Shown here: positions 34,889 through 39,608 of the stretch, one piece after another | How positions within the stretch are numbered: the stretch's first letter is position 1 | Layout of the letters: every line of letters begins with the position of its first letter | Assembly (NCBI GenBank): GCA_032718475.1 | Contig: JAUCBJ010002171.1 | Span: forward strand, 1-39,608 | Length of the DNA stretch: 39,608 nt | Reading direction: 5' to 3' | DNA from: Nemertoderma westbladi | Lineage: Eukaryota; Animalia; Xenacoelomorpha | The notes under the pieces: generated by a model | What the model was told of the DNA's origin: nothing | The model's input: the letters and a program-made list of their open reading frames with translations, nothing else | Database searches by the model: none | Program-made: the position numbers and the translations under genes

Positions 34889-37800
34889 GTACCCCAAGTG
34901 AATCAAGTGTTTTACTCCAACTGAATAAAGTGTAGTACCCCAAGTGAATAAAGTGCAGTACTCTTAAAGTGTAGTACCCTAAGTGAATATAAGTGTAGTA
35001 CCCCAAGTGAATAAAATGTAGTACTCCAACTGAATAAAGTGTAGTACCCTAAGTGAATAAAGTGTAGTACCCCAAGTGAATAAAGTGTAGTTCCCCAAGT
35101 GAATAAAGTGTAGTACCCCAAGTGAATAAAGTGTTTTACTCCAACTGAATAAAGTGTAGTACCCCAAGTGAATAAAGTGTAGTACCCCAAGTGAATAAAG
35201 TGTAGTACCCCAAGTGAATAAAGTGTTTTACTCCAACTGAATAAAGTGTAGTACCCCAAGTGAATAAAGTGTAGTACCCCAAGTGAATAAAGTGTAGTAC
35301 CCCAATGAATAAAGTGTTTTACTCCAACTGCATAAAGTGTAGTACCCTAAGTGAATAAAGTGTAGTACCCCAAGTGAATAAAGTGTAGTACCCCAAGTGA
35401 ATAAAGTGCAGTACTCCAACTGAATAAAGTGTAGTACCCTAAGTGAATAAAGTGTAGTACCCCAAGTGAATAAAGTGCAGTACTCCAACTGAATAAAGTG
35501 TAGTACCCTAAGTGAATAAAGTGTAGTACCCCAAGTGAATAAAGTGCAGTACTCTAACTGAATAAAGTGTAGTACCCTAAGTGAATAAAGTGTAGTACCC
35601 CAAGTGAATAAAGTGTAGTACCCCAAGTGAATAAAGTGTAGTACCCCAAGTGAATAAAGTGTAGTACCCCAAGTGAATAAAGTGTTTTACTCCAACTGAA
35701 TAAAGTGTAGTACCCCAAGTGAATAAAGTGTAGTACCCCAAGTGAATAAAGTGTTTTACTCCAACTGAATAAAGTGTAGTACCCTAAGTGAATAAAGTGT
35801 AGTACCCCAAGTGAATAAAGTGTAGTACCCCAAGTGAATAAAGTGTAGTACTCCAACTGAATAAAGTGTAGTACCCTAAGTGAATAAAGTGTAGTACCCT
35901 AAGTGAATAAAGTGTAGTACCCCAAGTGAATAAAGTGTAGTACCCCAAGTGAATAAAGTGTTTTACTCCAACTGAATAAAGTGTAGTACCCCAAGTGAAT
36001 AAAGTGTAGTACCCCAAGTGAATAAAGTGTAGTACTCCAAGTGAATAAAGTGTAGTACCCCAAGTGAATAAAGTGTAGTACCCCAAGTGAATAAAGTGTT
36101 TTACTCCAACTGAATAAAGTGTAGTACCCCAAGTGAATAAAGTGTAGTACCCTAAGTGAATAAAGTGTAGTACCCCAAGTGAATAAAGTGTAGTACCCCA
36201 AGTGAATAAAGTGTAGTACCCCAAGTGAATAAAGTGTAGTACCCCAAGTGAATAAAGTGTAGTACCCCAAGTGAATAAAGTGTAGTACCCCAAGTGAATA
36301 AAGTGTAGTACCCCAAGTGAATAAAGTGTAGTACCCCAAGTGAATAAAGTGTAGTACCCCAAGTGAATAAAGTGTAGTACCCCAAGTGAATAAAGTGTAG
36401 TACCCCAAGTGAATAAAGTGTTTTACTCCAACTGAATAAAGTGTAGTACCCTAAGTGAATAAAGTGTAGTACCCCAAGTGAATAAAGTGTTGTACTCCAA
36501 CTGAATAAAGTGTAGTACCCCAAGTGAATAAAGTGTAGTACCCCAAGTGAATAAAGTGTAGTACCCCAAGTGAATAAAGTGTAGTACTCCAACTGAATAA
36601 AGTGTAGTACCCTAAGTGAATAAAGTGTAGTACCCCAAGTGAATAAAGTGTAGTACTCCAACTGAATAAAGTGTAGTACCCTAAGTGAATAAAGTGTAGT
36701 ACCCAAGTGAATAAAGTGCAGTACTCCAACTGAATAAAGTGTAGTACCCTAAGTGAATAAAGTGTAGTACCCCAAGTGAATAAAGTGTAGTACCCCAAGT
36801 GAATAAAGTGTAGTACCCCAAGTGAATAAAGTGTAGTACCCTAAGTGAATAAAGTGTAGTACCCCAAGTGAATAAAGTGTAGTACCCCAAGTGAATAAAG
36901 TGTAGTACTCCAACTGAATAAAGTGTAGTACCCTAAGTGAATAAAGTGTAGTACCCCAAGTGAATAAAGTGCAGTACTCCAACTGAATAAAGTGTAGTAC
37001 CCTAAGTGAATAAAGTGTAGTACCCCAAGTGAATAAAGTGTAGTACCCCAAGTGAATAAAGTGTAGTACCCCAAGTGAATAAAGTGTAGTACCCTAAGTG
37101 AATAAAGTGTAGTACCCCAAGTGAATAAAGTGTAGTACCCCAAGTGAATAAAGTGTAGTACTCCAACTGAATAAAGTGTAGTACCCTAAGTGAATAAAGT
37201 GTAGTACCCCAAGTGAATAAAGTGTAGTACTCCAACTGAATAAAGTGTAGTACCCCAAGTGAATAAAGTGTAGTACCCCAAGTGAATAAAGTGTAGTACC
37301 CCAAGTGAATAAAGTGTAGTACCCCAAGTGAATAAAGTGTAGTACCCCAAGTGAATAAAGTGTAGTACCCCAAGTGAATAAAGTGTAGTACCCCAAGTGA
37401 ATAAAGTGTAGTACCCCAAGTGAATAAAGTGTAGTACTCCAACTGAATAAAGTGTAGTACCCTAAGTGAATAAAGTGTAGTACCCCAAGTGAATAAAGTG
37501 TAGTACCCCAAGTGAATAAAGTGTAGTACCCCAAGTGAATAAAGTGTAGTACCCCAAGTGAATAAAGTGTAGTACCCCAAGTGAATAAAGTGTAGTACTC
37601 CAACTGAATAAAGTGTAGTACCCCAAGTGAATAAAGTGTAGTACCCCAAGTGAATAAAGTGTAGTACCCCAAGTGAATAAAGTGTAGTACCCCAAGTGAA
37701 TAAAGTGTAGTACCCCAAGTGAATAAAGTGTAGTACCCCAAGTGAATAAAGTGTAGTACCCCAAGTGAATAAAGTGTAGTACTCCAACTGAATAAAGTGT

Positions 37801-37962
37801 AGTACCCCAAGTGAATAAAGTGTAGTACCCCAAGTGAATAAAGTGTAGTACTCCAACTGAATAAAGTGTAGTACCCTAAGTGAATAAAGTGTAGTACCCC
37901 AAGTGAATAAAGTGTAGTACCCCAAGTGAATAAAGTGTAGTACCCCAAGTGAATAAAGTGTA
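34889..37962. repeat. 23-bp tandem satellite, ~130 copies
   Basis: Unit AGTGAATAAAGTGTAGTACCCCA with recurring variants (ACTCCAACTG, TTTTACTCC). Confidence 0.97.
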
Positions 37963-38583
37963 ATTGCCTTGTAATCTTCCCAGAATAACTATCTGATATT
38001 GCAGATCAAATATTTTGATTATTTATTATAAATATATATGTGTTATATTATTTGTGGTGCCCCTTGAACCCAACCTTAATCCCACCTACGTCCTTTATCT
38101 CAGTTTTTATGGATTTCCGAAATATATTTTATTTTATTACTTTAAATTTATTGACCATTGTGTTTCTGCACATTATAATAGTTTATTGAAGCTGTTTTAT
38201 TATGTTAAACAGATTTAGTAAATAATTAACGAAAGTTTAAAAATAATTACACCATGTCCCGTAATGCAATGTCATTTTCTAATGACACGGACCCCCTCCA
38301 TCCCATGTTTTTTCAAAATAATATTAAGAAAAAATTTATTTAAGATCAGAAAATGGCTCTGTATTACGTTTTGTGGTGAATTACATGTCTATGTGTCAGT
38401 GCAAATAGAAACCCGGCCCCTGAGGGTAAGAAGACGATTCAGAGAAAATCACATTTTAACATTAAAAAAAATCATTTTTCAACAAAAAAAAATTTTTTTG
38501 AAAGTCAACATTTAGATATCATTTTATCGACTCAAAATCAAATCTCGCGTTTTTGGGCACAAATAAACGTTTTTTTTTAATAT

Positions 38584-39400
38584 TTAACCCTATCTGGCCC
38601 GGGCTATTTTGCAACGTAATTGGCCCGGGTGGGTAATAAATTCAGATCTTGTATCAAAAATTACAATTTTGCTGGTATAAAGGTTTTCGAGGTCGCTGAT
38701 TACGGTAAATATTGTTAAAAATATTTTCTGGCAAAGCAACCATCATTAATGGTACTATTTTGGTCCCCTGGGATGAAAAGTAAGTACAAGTAAAAAAATG
38801 TCAAACTGAAATAATTTATGTTTGGTTTGATAATTCTGAAGGTATACGTGTTCTCGAGGTCGCTGATCACGATGAAATTAGGTATAACTATTTCTGGTAA
38901 ATCCAAACCCAATTTTGGTGCCATTCTGGCTGGTGCCCCAGAACGAAAATTACAAGTTAGCACAAAATTATAAACTGTAAAATTTTGCCACTGGTTTGGT
39001 AATTCTGAAGCTATACTGGTTTTCAAAGCCGCTGATAACGATACAACTCGTTAAAAATCATTCGTGGTAACGCAACTGCTGTTTTTGGTGCTTGTCAGGT
39101 GGGACGAAAAATACAAGTAGCAAAAAACGTCAAAAATCTAATTTGGTTGGATAATGCGATATTTTTGAGTGTCATATTCGTGATCAGCATCCCAAATACC
39201 CATTTGGTAATAAAATCAATTTGATTTTGATGTGATTTTTCATTATCATATTTTCAATACTTGTTTTTTTCGTGCCCCAGAGGGCACATTCAAAATTACC
39301 AAAAGTTTTCTCTAATGTTATATTCTAGTTCTATAATCGTGAAAGGTGTCCAAAAAAACCGCTACATACCGCAAATAAATTAATTTTAGTGAGCCATAAA
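38584..39400 (+). mobile_element. Probable non-autonomous DNA transposon remnant
   Basis: TTAA-CCCT start (piggyBac-like end), TGGCCCGGG twice, and three spaced copies of a TTTTCGAGGTCGCTGATxACG-like motif (~38683, ~38850, ~39020). Right end not identified. Confidence 0.4.
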
Positions 39401-39608
39401 ATTAACGATTGAATTTTTTTATTACAGACGGACAGACAGACATGCCAATGGCCCTATATTAATGATAATTGTGTGCTAGAGGCTTCACTCGCTAATCGTG
39501 CCTCGCCCCGCATTTTAAAAGAAGATTCAGTCAGACCATTGTCAATATCATTTAATCGGAAAGGTTTTGTTCCTAAAGCTCATCCATCCTCCTTGTAGAG
39601 CCTACTAC

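Noticed and set aside
34912-37948. Repetitive YYTLFTWG ORFs
   Set aside because: Translations of the 23-bp satellite.
19836-37962. CRISPR-like arrays
   Set aside because: All arrays are head-to-tail repeats without unique spacers, no cas genes are present, and the context is eukaryotic.

Overview
AT-rich eukaryotic (most likely invertebrate animal) genomic DNA with spliceosomal GT-AG introns. Five + strand exons (25841-34829) encode the middle ANK repeats of a canonical ankyrin. A two-exon taxilin gene lies antisense inside one ankyrin intron. An intronless RAD9 gene (+) and a ~1748-aa DUF4062-NACHT-WD40 (NWD1/NWD2-like) gene (-) lie upstream, probably inside another, >25 kb ankyrin intron. 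The rest is degenerate retroelements (an RTE-like RT fragment and a CRE-like restriction-endonuclease 3' end), SINE/MITE-like elements and several tandem arrays. Highlights: (1) a ~110-nt Pol III-type unit (A box, B box, T7 terminator, closing panhandle) with a minimal hammerhead ribozyme between the boxes, cleaving ~81 nt upstream of the NWD start codon on the same strand; (2) a 79-bp exonic tandem duplication in NWD that frameshifts the gene unless spliced out at its duplicated CAG|GT, a candidate newborn intron; (3) a ~69-copy 44-bp array made from the taxilin exon/5' splice-site junction that also mimics 3' splice sites on the ankyrin strand; (4) a ~130-copy AATAAA-containing satellite in an ankyrin intron; (5) a C-terminal CaaX box on the NWD protein. 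All calls come from reading the sequence by eye; no database searches were run.
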